64,000 nt of DNA from Lepidodermella squamata (Eukaryota > Animalia > Gastrotricha), in contig JBLDXI010000046.1 of the NCBI GenBank assembly GCA_047495785.1, positions 930,001 to 994,000 of the forward strand, read 5' to 3'. Positions 11,948 through 23,789 of the stretch are shown here, piece after piece; position 1 is the stretch's first letter; every line of letters begins with the position of its first letter. The notes below the pieces were generated by a model. The model was not told where the DNA came from. It searched no databases and was given only the letters and a program-made list of their open reading frames with translations. The position numbers were made by a program, and so were the translations under genes.

Positions 11948-13096
11948 TCAATCGGCATATTTATCGAGAGGATCGAAAGCTGAATCCAAAGCATCAGATG
12001 CGTTCTTGGAGGCGTAATTGCTTGCACAAGCCATGACGAGGTTTTTTACCGGGGCGACCCACGCAGATGCATACCAGGCCGTATTGGAACCAGAGTGAGT
12101 CAAAACTTTACCACCAGCCCAGTCCTGATTATCCACAATCCAACCACCAGCGTACTCTCCAGTCGGTTTCTGCAAGCGTTGAATCGTTGCTGACTTAAGG
12201 AGCTGGGTATCCTCACCTCGCCCGCCAGCAACATGAATCTGTAAGAATTTTCCGTAGTCCTGCAGCGAGCAGTGAACTGTCCCGGCCGGTCCAACTGAAG
12301 CAGGATTATCAGCTTCTGGATGATTCGGAGCCATAGGACGAATACCACTCGTGCTGTTAACATGGCCCCAAGGCTGATCGACGTTGGTTGAAGTACCAGG
12401 AGCCCCGAACCCACAGCTCGCCATACCTAACGGATCAAACAAGCTCTTCTTCATTATGCTCTCCCACGTGTCCTTGGCCGCCTTTTCTAGCACGACACCA
12501 GCAATCATGTATCCTGAGTTCGAGTAGACAAATGCCGACCCGGGGCTGAGATAAATTTCGAACAAATATTAGAATTTCATCAAAGGAATGAGAAATTACG
12601 TTGAGGAAGGTTTCAGTTTTAGAATGGCTCGAACTGCCGTGATTCGAGCATCCGTAGAATTGCCATCGTCCCACATTTTTGACCAAATATCATCTGGCGC
12701 GTTTTCCGACAACCCACCGCGATTGTGAAGAAGTTGTTCGATTGTAACATTCTGCAAATCAGGGTGGATCTCTTCGCCTGACAAAAGTTTTGAGAGCGGG
12801 TCGTCAAACTTTAGTAAGCCTTGCTCAACGAATATGCCCACGAGTGTGGCTGTCATAGCTTTCGTGTTCGAACCAAGATGCCATTTGTCATTAGGCTGCA
12901 CTGGGGTTGGGTCGCCTGATTTACGAACACCCGTTGCTCCGAAACCGACAAGCTGGCCACCTTTCCAAACTGCACATGCCAGGGCAGGGGCGCCGCCCTT
13001 CAGCCGAATTGGCTCCAACGTCGCAGTTAGGTCATCTTGGGCTGCAACGAGGATAAAACCAATCGCGAGAAGTCCTACTTTACCAACGAAACGCAT
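11948..13096 (-). CDS. Secreted beta-lactamase-family serine hydrolase, copy 2 (exons 13096-12600, 12545-11948)
   Basis: Signal peptide MRFVGKVGLLAIGFILVAA; WHLGSNTK, FVYSN, LTHSGSN; phase-2 intron 12546-12599 at the same codon as in copy 1. Confidence 0.92.
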
Positions 13097-13182
13097 TGCA
13101 AATAAATAAAAAGGGGAAAGTGTCAAAGTGTTGGCACTTTTGCCTTCTTATATAAATACATCATGAAAAAAGTGAAGCTTTG

Positions 13183-13201
13183 TTGACTCAGGTGAGGTAA
13201 A
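13183..13201. promoter_or_regulatory. Conserved upstream motif of serine hydrolase copy 2 (contains TGACTCA)
   Basis: ttgactcaggtgaggtaaa, about 30 nt upstream of a TATA-like box (13149-13158); shared with copy 1. Confidence 0.5.
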
Positions 13202-15035
13202 CACTATTGAAAATGACGGGATTTTCTGTTAAATGCCGAAATGGAAACTCTCTCAAATATACCTGGCTATGTACCCGAAATCGTAATTTGTGTTCTGAGA
13301 GTAAGTTCAGCCTGTTCCATAACTGCGCCTAATTTTTTGCATCAGGGCTAAAATAAAACCGCCATCTGAAGTTCAAGGTGACATTTGAATGGTTCAATCG
13401 ATAAAATCTTGTCGCTGTTTTCTCGTTTCACTTGTGTTCTTAAGCTTTCGTTCCCAACAGCAATACATATTTCGTTCAGTGCCGGACGTGTTATTGGGAC
13501 TTGGAAGCATAATAGCAAGATCAGCTAGATATACTCAAAACCTGAATTTTCAGTATAATTTCAATATGTTTTGGCCCCAAGTTTTGGCCCCGCTATGCAG
13601 GTAATCTCATGTACGTGGATCAACACTTTTACCGATTTTATTCGATTTTAACAATTTCCGCTTATCAATGATGATGTGTCTTATAATCCTTGGATTTTTA
13701 TTTGAGAATCCTGGCTCCCACTTTATCAAATTTGGCTTTTTGGACAGCTGGTTTCTAAAAAATCACGGATTTATTGTAAAATCGATACTATGGAAATCGA
13801 AATCGTAACACGTGCCGAAGTTTAGCTCGCAAATCGCGAATTAACCCTCGCTAGCGCAAAATACGTCCAATACGGACATTTATCGGTTGCGCACGATGAT
13901 AAAAAGTTGGCAACTATAGGAGACCCAGCTAAAAAGTCGAAATCCTATATCTGTGGAAATAAATCGCAGGGATCCAGACCGGCATACGATAAGCTGAAAA
14001 GTGCTAAAATGTTAAGTTGAAATAATCTGTCAAGTGTTTCCGTGGATTTCAGCTTAAAATTTCAGCATAATTTCCAGGCGAGGAAAACTCTTTCTCTTAA
14101 GCGGATGGCGTCATGCCATTTCAGCCATTTTCAGTTTGCAATCTTTATTTTAGCGTTTTAAAAGGTGGCCTATCAATTTCGGGGAAGAAACGAACTGAAA
14201 CAGGACGCGTCAATCGGCTGTACATCAAATTGCATTGATGTGAATACGACGTAAAGAGTAGGGCGAGGTTAGATACTACGGTTGAATCGGCATTTTTAAT
14301 TCATTTTACTACATATATTTTCATTGTCTTAAGTCCACCACTATGAGATATATTTTCAATTAATGAAAAAAACCAACATCTATATTGCGTATAATTAGTG
14401 AGGGATCTTTACACCGCTCAAGTCTGAAGCGCTAAAAAATGAATATTGTACACACAGCTGAGGCGATAATCTTTCTGCTAATCCTGATGATATAGCGTAA
14501 TTCAATAGAAGGCTGCTAATTATTTTTCAATTATAAAAATAATATACCAGAGTTTTCTTCACCACTGCGAAATTTCTTCAAATATCAACCGGTATAATGC
14601 ACGATTATTTTCGAATGACTCAGGCCAACACCTTGCTCGCAAATATTCGGAATCACTGAAGCGTGTATAGCCGACCAGACAATTGCATTATTCCTTTATA
14701 GTATATTTTACCATTTTTTATCGCGGATAAAAGAATTAGCTTTCCCTATTAATGCCCGCGGCCGTATATATTTTTGGTTATCTCGCCCTATATATTAGCC
14801 GTCACTCAAAATAAATTATCAAGCATATGTTCATTCCTTATGCTTTTTTCAGTCACCCTGTCACGATTTATTGATATTATAATATCGGTGAAAAAATTAG
14901 ATTTTTTTATTGGAATTTTTTATCATCGCGTTTCCTTATATTATTATATAGATTTTTGTGTATTGGTACGGATAAAAAATATCGCGCATATATATATAAA
15001 TCCAAGATCGTTGGTTCTGTTTCTCTGCATGGATA

Positions 15036-18000
15036 ATGAGTTTTAGAAAATCAGCAAATGGCTACGGAACAGAGTCATCGAGACCTTCTGCGACCAATGG
15101 ATTCAAGAAGGTGAGATAAATTTGATAATATTTTTTGCAGTTCTGATTTTTCATGGCACATAGTATATTATGAAGTACCGGCCCTTCGCACAATTTCGTT
15201 AAAAATTTATTGCGCGAATGGTCTGAAATGCGCAATGTGATGTGCCGCGTCCTATTAATAAATAAAACGATGTAATTGGCCAGCCGGGCGAAAAAAAACA
15301 ACTTTTTACAACTCGCGCGATTTTATATACTACTTACTCTCGGCCGGCATCGAATTATTATTGATAGCGCGAGGAAAAATGCTGTAAAAATTTTTGTCTC
15401 CTCATCGTTGTCAATTCTTATCCATCTTTACTTAGGCTAATTCGCTTCGATCAAGCATGTGTAATATTTCTTCTCATCGCGCGCATCCACGCCGCGTTTT
15501 GTTTAAACAGCCGTATACGATTTAGTTTACATGCAAAATTACTATCTGAATTAATTACTAAATACAATACCTATATTGCTGTAATATATGGTATAAGATC
15601 ACTGTGTATTATAATATTGTCTCCTGACATTGTTTTATTGACTTTATACCCCGATAAAACCAGTGGGTGAAAAAATCCGAAATATTTGTTTCATGTGAAT
15701 TTTCCCCTATGGGAATTAGCCGTAATTTTTCCCCGTCACTTTCAGTTCGCGATATCATATCAGCATATCAGCCGCTTTTGTTCCGCTATTTTGTATAAAA
15801 ATATTATAGCCTATATATAAAATTTATTTAGACGCCAAAACGAGCTTAACTACCTCAATTTTATATATTAAACAATCAATTTAAAAGGAATTGAAGTGTA
15901 GATGGGAATATGCCAAAATTTACGGAAGGCAACGATCCGTTTTTACGCACTTACAATTCTATTCGATATTCGACCGTTCGAGTTCACTACGTCTTGAACC
16001 AAGTAAGCATAATTATTAGCGGCGCGATTCATAATAATTTAATTTTCACTCAATTTATGTTAATTTTATTTGCGCAATGATGATGATGTTTATGACGGAA
16101 TTTTAATGATGTGATTTCTTACGCTCGCAGATTCAGGAGGACAATGATTCGGATGCGGAGATTGAAATGACTGATTCTTTTTCGGCCCCAATACCAAAGC
16201 CGCATAAAGGACCTATCGATTCGACGTGTTTCTTCCGCGATGGCAAGCGGCGAATAGATTTTGTCATTGTCTACGAGGAGGAGGATGTTGTTAACGATGA
16301 GGAAGAAACGATTGGCGAGGTTAAGGAGCAGCCCTCGGACTCGATTATCGAGAGCAAGGGTGACGCGCCCATTGTGGTCACCCGGAAACATAAGAAATCC
16401 AAGGAAGAAATGCGAATGGACCGATGGCGGGCGACTTTTATTCGTAATCTAAAGAAGAAAGTTCATATTGAGGAAGAGGTAAAATTTTGTTAATTAAAAT
16501 TGATTAATTAATTAAATAATTTATTTTAAGGAGGAATTTGTTGTTAAACAATTCTTTTTTATTATTTTATAAATTGAAATTGTTAAGGTAAAATTTTGCT
16601 TATTGAAGGGTAAGGCAACAAAACAGCAACTTTGCAGGAGAGCGAATGCGACAAAACAGCAAATTTTCTATTTTGCGACAAAACAGCGAAAACTTACCGT
16701 GTAATACGGTGTTTCTGCTGTTATGTCGCAAATCGAAAAAGTTGCTGTTTTGTCGCGTTTGCTGTTTTGGGTATTTGCTGTTACCTAATAAAGCGGCACA
16801 CCGTCATAATAGCAAATACCCAAAACAGCAAACGCGACAAAACAGCAACTTTTTCAATTTGCGACAAAACAGCAGAAACGCCCTTTCACATCGAAAATTG
16901 TCGTTGTTTTGTCGCAAAATAGAAAATTTGCTGTTTTGTCGCCGTACCGTTAAATAGATTTGAATCGGATACATTTTTCATTTTTTATTTAATTTTTAAT
17001 TTGTTTTTTTATAGAAAAAGAAAGTTGGCGACGATAAGATAATTCATTTCTTCAAAATTCACGTGCCTTTCGATGTGCTGTGCTACTACGCCGAGCATTT
17101 GTCATTTCGAGCCCCGCTTCAGGCCTACACGCTGAAGGCTGAAAATTTCTCGGCGACATGGCTCAAGCGGTTCCGCATTCCGAACTTCATGCAACAAGAA
17201 TTGCCGCGATATCCGCTGCACTACTACACGTGCCCGTTTAAAAATAGCAAAATCAACAGATTTTTAGGCGCTGAAAACAAAAATACCTTCTTCACGGATA
17301 CTCAACGCTCTCGTGTTGCCTGGGAAATTTTGTGTAAGCTTCATAATTATTTTTAATTATTTTTAATTAATTAATAGTTATTGAAATTTGCTTTGAATTT
17401 TTTTAGGTGAGACTGTGTTTGGGCAGCGCCGACGAGCTCAAATCGGTATCGAGCGTCTGCTCGATGACGACGTATTCAGTGGAGCGTATCCACTGCATTG
17501 CGGCCCAGCTGACCCAGAAGACGGCGATCCTGAACATTTAAATGACCGCCAAATTCTTCGCAAATACTGGGCCGGCTGGGGCTTGATGTTCCGCTACCAG
17601 CCTCTCGACCACATTCGCGCCTATTTCGGTGAGCAAATCGGTCTTTACTTCGCCTGGCTTGGCTTCTACACGGCCTGGCTGTTACCGGCGGCTATTATCG
17701 GTGTCTTGGTCTTCATGTATGGTTGTTTCACCCTGCATCTCGACTCAAAATCGTAAGTTCAATAATCTCGAAAAAAGTTGAAAAAATTCGGGGTTTCAGC
17801 ACCATTTGCCCATATTATTGTTTTCCAAGTTTTCAACTGTCCCATAATTTTCAAATTTTTTATTATTATGCCTAACCGATGGATTTCAAGAGTACGCGTA
17901 TTTTGCGCTATCGGCGGTCAATTTACGAGTTTAACTTTATTTTGCAGAGCCGATATCGATTCCAATTATCGATTTCACAAATCAGTGATTTTTTCCAATA

Positions 18001-20410
18001 TTAGCAGTCTAGAATACCAACATCAGAAGTTTTTTTCAATCGAAAGGTTAGGAAAGAAAAAATTCGATAACGTTAGCTAATTTAGTGGTTGAACCTACAT
18101 TTTTTACTGATGGAAAAATTAGATTCTTGACTGAATTCTTTGATTTTTTCCTAGGCAGCAAATTTGTGCGGCTAACATTACCATGTGTCCTAATTGTGAT
18201 ACGTGTACAACTTGGAAATATGCTGATACTTGTCTATACGCCAAGCTGAGTTACCTATTCGACCATCCTGGAACGGTCTTCTATGCAATACTCATATCCT
18301 TTTGGGGTATAAGCAATTCCAACTAAAATTTTAGAAAAATTGAATTATTTCCCTAATTTTAGCTGTATTTTTTCTCGAATTTTGGAAACGGACCAATGCC
18401 GATTTAGCGCATCGATGGGACTGTACAGAGTTTCAGGATGAAGAGGAAACAATTCGGCCTAAATACGCTGCTCTTGCTCCGACTAGCGAGCGAAACCCGG
18501 TCACAGGCGTCATTGAGCCGCATTGTAAGAAAAAATTGAAAAAAAATCAAATTTTCAAATTTAAATTTATTTAATTATAGTCCCGGATCGCATGCGATGG
18601 CCTAGAGTTGTTTCAGCTGTTGTGGCAATTGCTCTTATGGTAAACAATTTTTTTTAATAGAAAAAATCCGAAAAATTTGTTTAGATATCGCTGGTTTTGA
18701 TTTTCATCGTCGCGGTTATTCTGTACCGTGTCCTGGTTAACCGGCCGCTTTACGAGGTGAAAGCGCTTCGAAGTCAGGCGCAACTTATCGCCAACTTTTC
18801 AGCGGCCATCGTCAACTTGATCCTAATTATGGCGCTATCTAAAGTCTACGAAGTTTTAGCTTTCAAACTTACTGAATGGGGTGAGACAAAAATTTGAATT
18901 TTCCACGAATTTTTCAATTTTTTTCTGAAATTTAGAAATGCATCGTACTCAAACAGCTTTTGACGATGCGTTGATTGTTAAAGGCTTCCTGTTTCAATTT
19001 ATCAACTTTTACTCATCAATCATCTACGTCGGCTTCTTCAAAGGCAAATTTGTGGGGTACCCAGGGCACTACAACTCGTTTTTGGGACTTCGACCCGAAG
19101 AATGCGGTAACGGCTCTTGTCTAGTCGAATTAGCTCAACAGGTCATTTTAATAATTTCCCAATTATTTTTGCAATTAATTTATTTTTAATTGTTTCAGCT
19201 TGCTGTAATTATGATCGGCAAACAGATGATTGGCAACGTGCAGGAAATTTTGATTCCGTATGGCAATTGTTGTTTCCTACGATTTTTCCCACGATTTCTT
19301 TTCACAGAAAAATGAAGACCATGGTTCATCGTTTCAAAGTTGGCGGTTTTAATTCGGTGTTTAAAAAGAAACAAGCCATCAGACCGCGTTGGGAGGAAGA
19401 TTACGACACGATCGAGTACGAGGGGCTTTTCGATGAGTACCTAGAAATGGTCCTCCAGTTCGGTTTCATCACTATTTTTGTCGCCGCATTCCCTCTGGCG
19501 CCGTTGTTTGCGCTACTAAATAACTGGGCTGAAATTCGACTAGACGCGCAAAAATTAGTCTGCGAGACGAGAAGGTAAAAAAAACTTTCGAAATTAAAAT
19601 TTCAAATTGGGATTTTTGAATTTTTGAATTTTTCATGAATTTTCCAATTTTTCAATTTTTGAAATTTTCAATTTTTCCCAATTTTTTAGACCGGTTGCTC
19701 AGCGAGCACAAGACATTGGAATCTGGTTCGCAATTCTCGAGATTTTAACCCGAATAGCTGTGATCAGTAACGCTTTCTTGATCGCTTTCACGTCAGATTT
19801 TCTTCCACAATTGGTCGGTATTTTTCAAAAATTATTCCCCAAAATTAAATCGTAATTTTTCCCAAGGTCTACAAAGCTGAGAACGAGGGCAAGCTGGATG
19901 GCTACGTCGAATACTCATTGGCATGGGCTCCAAGAAATTCAACTTTCGATTTCGAAGGTGAAAGTTTGGAGTGCAGGTAAAATTTCAAAAATTTCAAAAA
20001 ATTTCAAAAAAATTCAAAAATTTCAAATGATTAGGTATCTAGATTATCGTGATGAAGAAGGCCATCCGACTTCATTTTACTACAAACTGCTGATTGTTCG
20101 ACTCGCCTTTGTCATTGTTTTCGAGGTTTGATTTGCATTTTCGTAAAAATTCCAGAAAATTAAGGTTGATTTCATTTAGCACGTAGTTTTCAGCATTCAG
20201 CGTTTCATAGATCTAGCCGTGCCCGATGTGCCGGAGAAGCTGCAGCTCAAGATAAAACGCGAGAAATTCCTCGCCCGCCAAGCGCTCGCCGATACTGATG
20301 AGGTTGAAAAAATTCTGCCAACAAACACTGCCAGCCCGCCGTTGTCGCCCAATCCGGCGGCGGCGCGACCTATTTCACCTGGTGATGTGACAATAAAACC
20401 AGACGCTTGA
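15036..20410 (+). CDS. ANO/TMEM16: Anoctamin (TMEM16) Ca2+-activated channel/scramblase, multi-exon
   Basis: Hallmarks [102 protein letters not shown]. Core exons start at 16131, 17015, 17407, 18155; stop at 20410. First exon uncertain (15036-15110 or 15910-16002). Confidence 0.93.
16609..16948. mobile_element. Foldback MITE in anoctamin intron
   Basis: Termini ggtaaggcaacaaaacagcaa / ttgctgttttgtcgccgtacc; repeated gcgacaaaacagc units in both orientations; no TSD recognised. Confidence 0.75.
17900..18025. repeat. Dispersed intronic repeat, inverted partner at ~23015-23130
   Basis: tttgcgctatcgg...aatcagtgattttttccaatattagcagtctagaa is the reverse complement of ttctagactgctgatatcggaaaaatcactgatt...ccgatagcgcaaa. 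Confidence 0.65.
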
Positions 20411-20525
20411 ACCAAAAAAACACACAACAACTCATCCTCTAAAAAAATAATTTTTCTGGTCAAAAGCACTTTACTCTATGATATTTTTGTTCTCTTGCTG
20501 GGATTTTTAATGGCTACTACAGTTC

Positions 20526-20681
20526 GGTAAGGCGACAAAACAGCAAATTTTAAATTTCGTGACACAACAGCGAAAACTTTCTATGTAAAAGATGCATTGA
20601 TCGTGTTTCTGCTGTTATGTCGCAAGTTTAAAAAGTTGCTGTTTTGTCGCGTTTGCTGTTTTGGGGATTTGCTGTTATGAC
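20526..20681. mobile_element. Truncated second copy of the gcgacaaaacagc MITE
   Basis: ggtaaggcgacaaaacagcaaatttt...gttgctgttttgtcgcgtttgctgttttgg matches the left half of 16609-16948. Confidence 0.7.
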
Positions 20682-20903
20682 TATATACGATCTCTACCGT
20701 AGTTCTACCGTAGCACTACGGTAGAAATACGGTAGAAATACGGTAGAACTACGGTAAAGCACTACGGTACCGTAGTTTTCTGATGAAAACTTACTTCTCT
20801 TGAAAACTAGAAATTTAATTTTCGAAAAACTGTCTTGCTGGGAAGCTAAAATTCTAAAAGCTAACTTTCAAAAAACTAACGCGTGAAAAAGACTCATGAG
20901 ACA

Positions 20904-21128
20904 CTTTCGAAAAACTAGCGTTTCCAAAATTGTGCATGATAGTTTTTCCGAAAAACTAGCGTTTCCGAAATTGTGCATGATAGCTTTTCCGAAAAACTAG
21001 CGTTTCCAAAATTGTGCATGGTAGTTTTTCCGAAAAACTAGCGTTTCCGAAATTGTGCATGATAGCTTTTCCGAAAAACTAGCGTTTCCAAAATTGTGCA
21101 TGATAGCTTTTTCGAAAAACTAGCGTTT
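20904..21128. repeat. 41-bp tandem repeat, about 5.5 copies
   Basis: Unit tttccgaaaaactagcgtttcc(a/g)aaattgtgcatgatag(t/c)t, with alternating variants. Confidence 0.92.
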
Positions 21129-21287
21129 GGCTAGCTGCAACATGTGGCAGTTATTGATTGCGCAACAATAGTTACCAATGTTACCAATGTTACCAAGTTG
21201 CCAATGCTGCAAACTTAGCCAAAGTAACAAAAGTTAACAACCCAAAAAATTCATACATAAGCGCAAAAAATGACCAATATTATATGA

Positions 21288-21381
21288 CAGCCAATGGCTC
21301 AGTGGAAAGAGTGCCTGTCTTCGTAAGAGATGGTGATTAAGGATTGAGGGTTCAAAGCTCATCACCAACCATCCTTTTTTT
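21288..21381 (+). other. tRNA-derived Pol III cassette (A box, B box, T run); not an intact tRNA
   Basis: tggctcagtgg at 21295-21305, ggttcaaagc at 21349-21358, T7 at 21375-21381; acceptor and anticodon stems do not pair fully. Confidence 0.55.
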
Positions 21382-21770
21382 CATTTTCCCACTACGGTAC
21401 CGTAGAGTACGGCACCGTAGCTTTACCGTACTCACTACGGTAAAGCTACGGTAAGAACTACGGTAGAACTACGGTAGAGATCGGCGGTCTGCCATCTGTT
21501 CTTGTTGAGAGTTCTGAATAATTTTTCCATGTCTTTATATATTATTTTATCAAGAGCTGATATTTGTTGTCTTTTTTTCTGTTGAGATAATTAAATATCT
21601 GGGTCACTGGGTCTTCCGAAGATCAGGTGCTTCTGTGTAAACAACTCTTTTTGTGATTTATAGCATCATGAAATAAAAATAATTAAATACCAAACATTTT
21701 TTATGTAAAAACAAATAAATGTCTAGAACCGAGATCATGCAATTAAATTATAAGAGACTGGGGAGGTTGA

Positions 21771-23789
21771 TTATTCATAGTTTCTTTCTTCGACGATCGA
21801 GCCGTGCTTTTCCTCCTCAATGTTGTCCTCCTTATCGAAATCTTTCTCATCGGCGGATTTGCCGAAAAACAGCGCTGAAATGCGGTTGAAAAGTCGCGTT
21901 AAGCAAGTTGCGTGTTTGAACGAGTAGACCAGGTAGCATTCGGCGACGACGCAGAACATGACTATGATGATGGGTAGAATTTCGTAGTTGATGTAGAAGC
22001 AAATCGACGTCCAATCGATTGTGCTTTCACTGCGGCGCATTTCTATCGTTATCGTTTGACCGCAAAATTTATCGCTTGTTTCAATATCGTTCGAAACACC
22101 TTCAACTTCGGCCTGTAGCAGAGAAAAATGTGAACGTTTAATAAAAGTATTTATCAAACGACAATAGCGCAAACACATTAGCGCAAGCAAATTTCTTGGT
22201 AAACAGGGCTAAATAGCGCAATGACAATTGCGCCAATGATAGTAAAAAAATTTAAGCAAAAAAATGCTTCAGATTGAAATTCTAAATTTTTTAAATTCAA
22301 ATTAATTTATCTAGGGTTCAAATGTTTTTAAATTTTTTAAAATTCAAATTAAAAAAGAAATGCTGTGAAATTCGAGCGTAGAGAATGATAGAGACTGGTC
22401 GATGGAATACGGCAAATCGAGTGGAATTTCGCCCATCTTTCTTGATAAAATTTTCAACCTATATCGTGTCCGATAACTAGTGCAATCATTTACGATTTTG
22501 CAAAATTCAACTGATTTTTTAAATCAAACCTACCTGGAGAATCTACCATCCTTTATCTACAATTTATCTACAATTTTACCAAATTTTACCAAATAAATAA
22601 CTAATTTACCGAAGGAAATCCGGAAAACCCCGATGGTAACTGGTTTTTTGTAATTTTCAGAATTTGACCCGTTTAGGCCAAATTTCTTAGGATTTCTTGA
22701 TCCCATTGGCAAGTGACTTACTTGATTAATATTCTCATGGCATTTAGCTTTTTACTAATATTTGTTGGCCATGCGATATTATGACGTTGTCACTTATTTC
22801 AGAGTTTTTGATCCCTTTTACTGCGCATTTTGCTTGTTTGCGTAACTTGGGACACACTGTATATTAATTAAACCTTGAAAAAAAAAAATTAAAGGTCTAA
22901 ATAAATCCATCACTCAAATTGAGGCTCCAGCCGTTCCAGCTTGAATTTTTTCGATTTTTGATTTATCGACTTCCACTATTCATTGAATTCCCAATTCCTT
23001 GGGGTACATGGAGAAGGTTGATTTTCTAGACTGCTGATATCGGAAAAATCACTGATTTTTAAAATCGATACTCGAAATCGATATCAGTGAAATACAACCC
23101 CGAAAGTGAGCACCGATAGCGCAAAAAGGGACCTTTTCAGTTATGGCTAGAGCGTGAACCCAGTTCATTAACTTTCGGGAGGAAAATCGAAGTGTCCTGA
23201 ATTTAGGACATTAGTAAGAAATTATTTAATTAAATTAATTTGCGCCTAATTGAGGGCGTTCCCTTCAATCATTCAAAATTCAAAAATCAATTCAAAATTA
23301 TTAAAATTATAAAAATTGTAATATATTTACCGCAAAAGCTGTCTCCGGTTTCAAGTGAACATCGACCTCGAAATGGCGAGCTTTCAAAACAAGCGAAACC
23401 TTGCGCGGCGTCGATGCTTTGTCCTTACTCGGCAGGACATACGCAAAGGCATAGGCATCATTCTGGAACCCAGGCGCATCGTCCCAAGAACACGCGATAC
23501 GCTGCGTATTCTCCTCTAGCAGCGTCTGATTACAAGCGAAATTTCGCGTCGAAACGCGGCAGTTGGCAATCGGCTTCGATAGCCCGGATGAGGTGATAGT
23601 ATGCAGGGTTGATTTATCGACGATAACCGGCTTTGTTAGGTACAGGTACAACAGAGCGGTTATTCCTAAAACGGCGACGGCGACGAAAAAGCAGACGGTC
23701 ATGATAAGGTGAGGCGATTTGTTAAGATCGGACTTAAGCCAAGGACTGTTGACGTCATTTCGACGCCGAGCAATTACAGCTGGTAACAT
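21771..23789 (-). CDS. Uncharacterised two-TM protein (exons 23789-23331, 22112-21771)
   Basis: Phase-0 GT-AG join; hydrophobic segments IMTVCFFVAVAVLGITALLYLYL and ILPIIIVMFCVVAECYLVYSF flank a Cys-containing loop; acidic tail. An upstream exon is possible. Confidence 0.65.

Larger units (their letters stand above)
20688..21483. mobile_element. Non-autonomous TIR element with ctacggta subterminal repeats, carrying a minisatellite and a tRNA-like cassette
   Basis: TIRs cgatctctaccgtagttctaccgtag / ctacggtagaactacggtagagatcg; no TSD seen. Confidence 0.78.

Noticed and set aside
10408-13096. Bacterial contamination or resistance operon
   Set aside because: Both genes carry host-sized spliceosomal introns and are contiguous with animal genes.
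16632-16957. Two ~100 aa ORFs in the anoctamin intron
   Set aside because: Derived from the MITE repeats.
20904-21128. CRISPR-like 41-bp repeats
   Set aside because: No spacers, no cas genes, eukaryotic context.
21288-21381. Functional tRNA-Thr gene
   Set aside because: Acceptor and anticodon stems do not pair; kept only as a tRNA-derived cassette.
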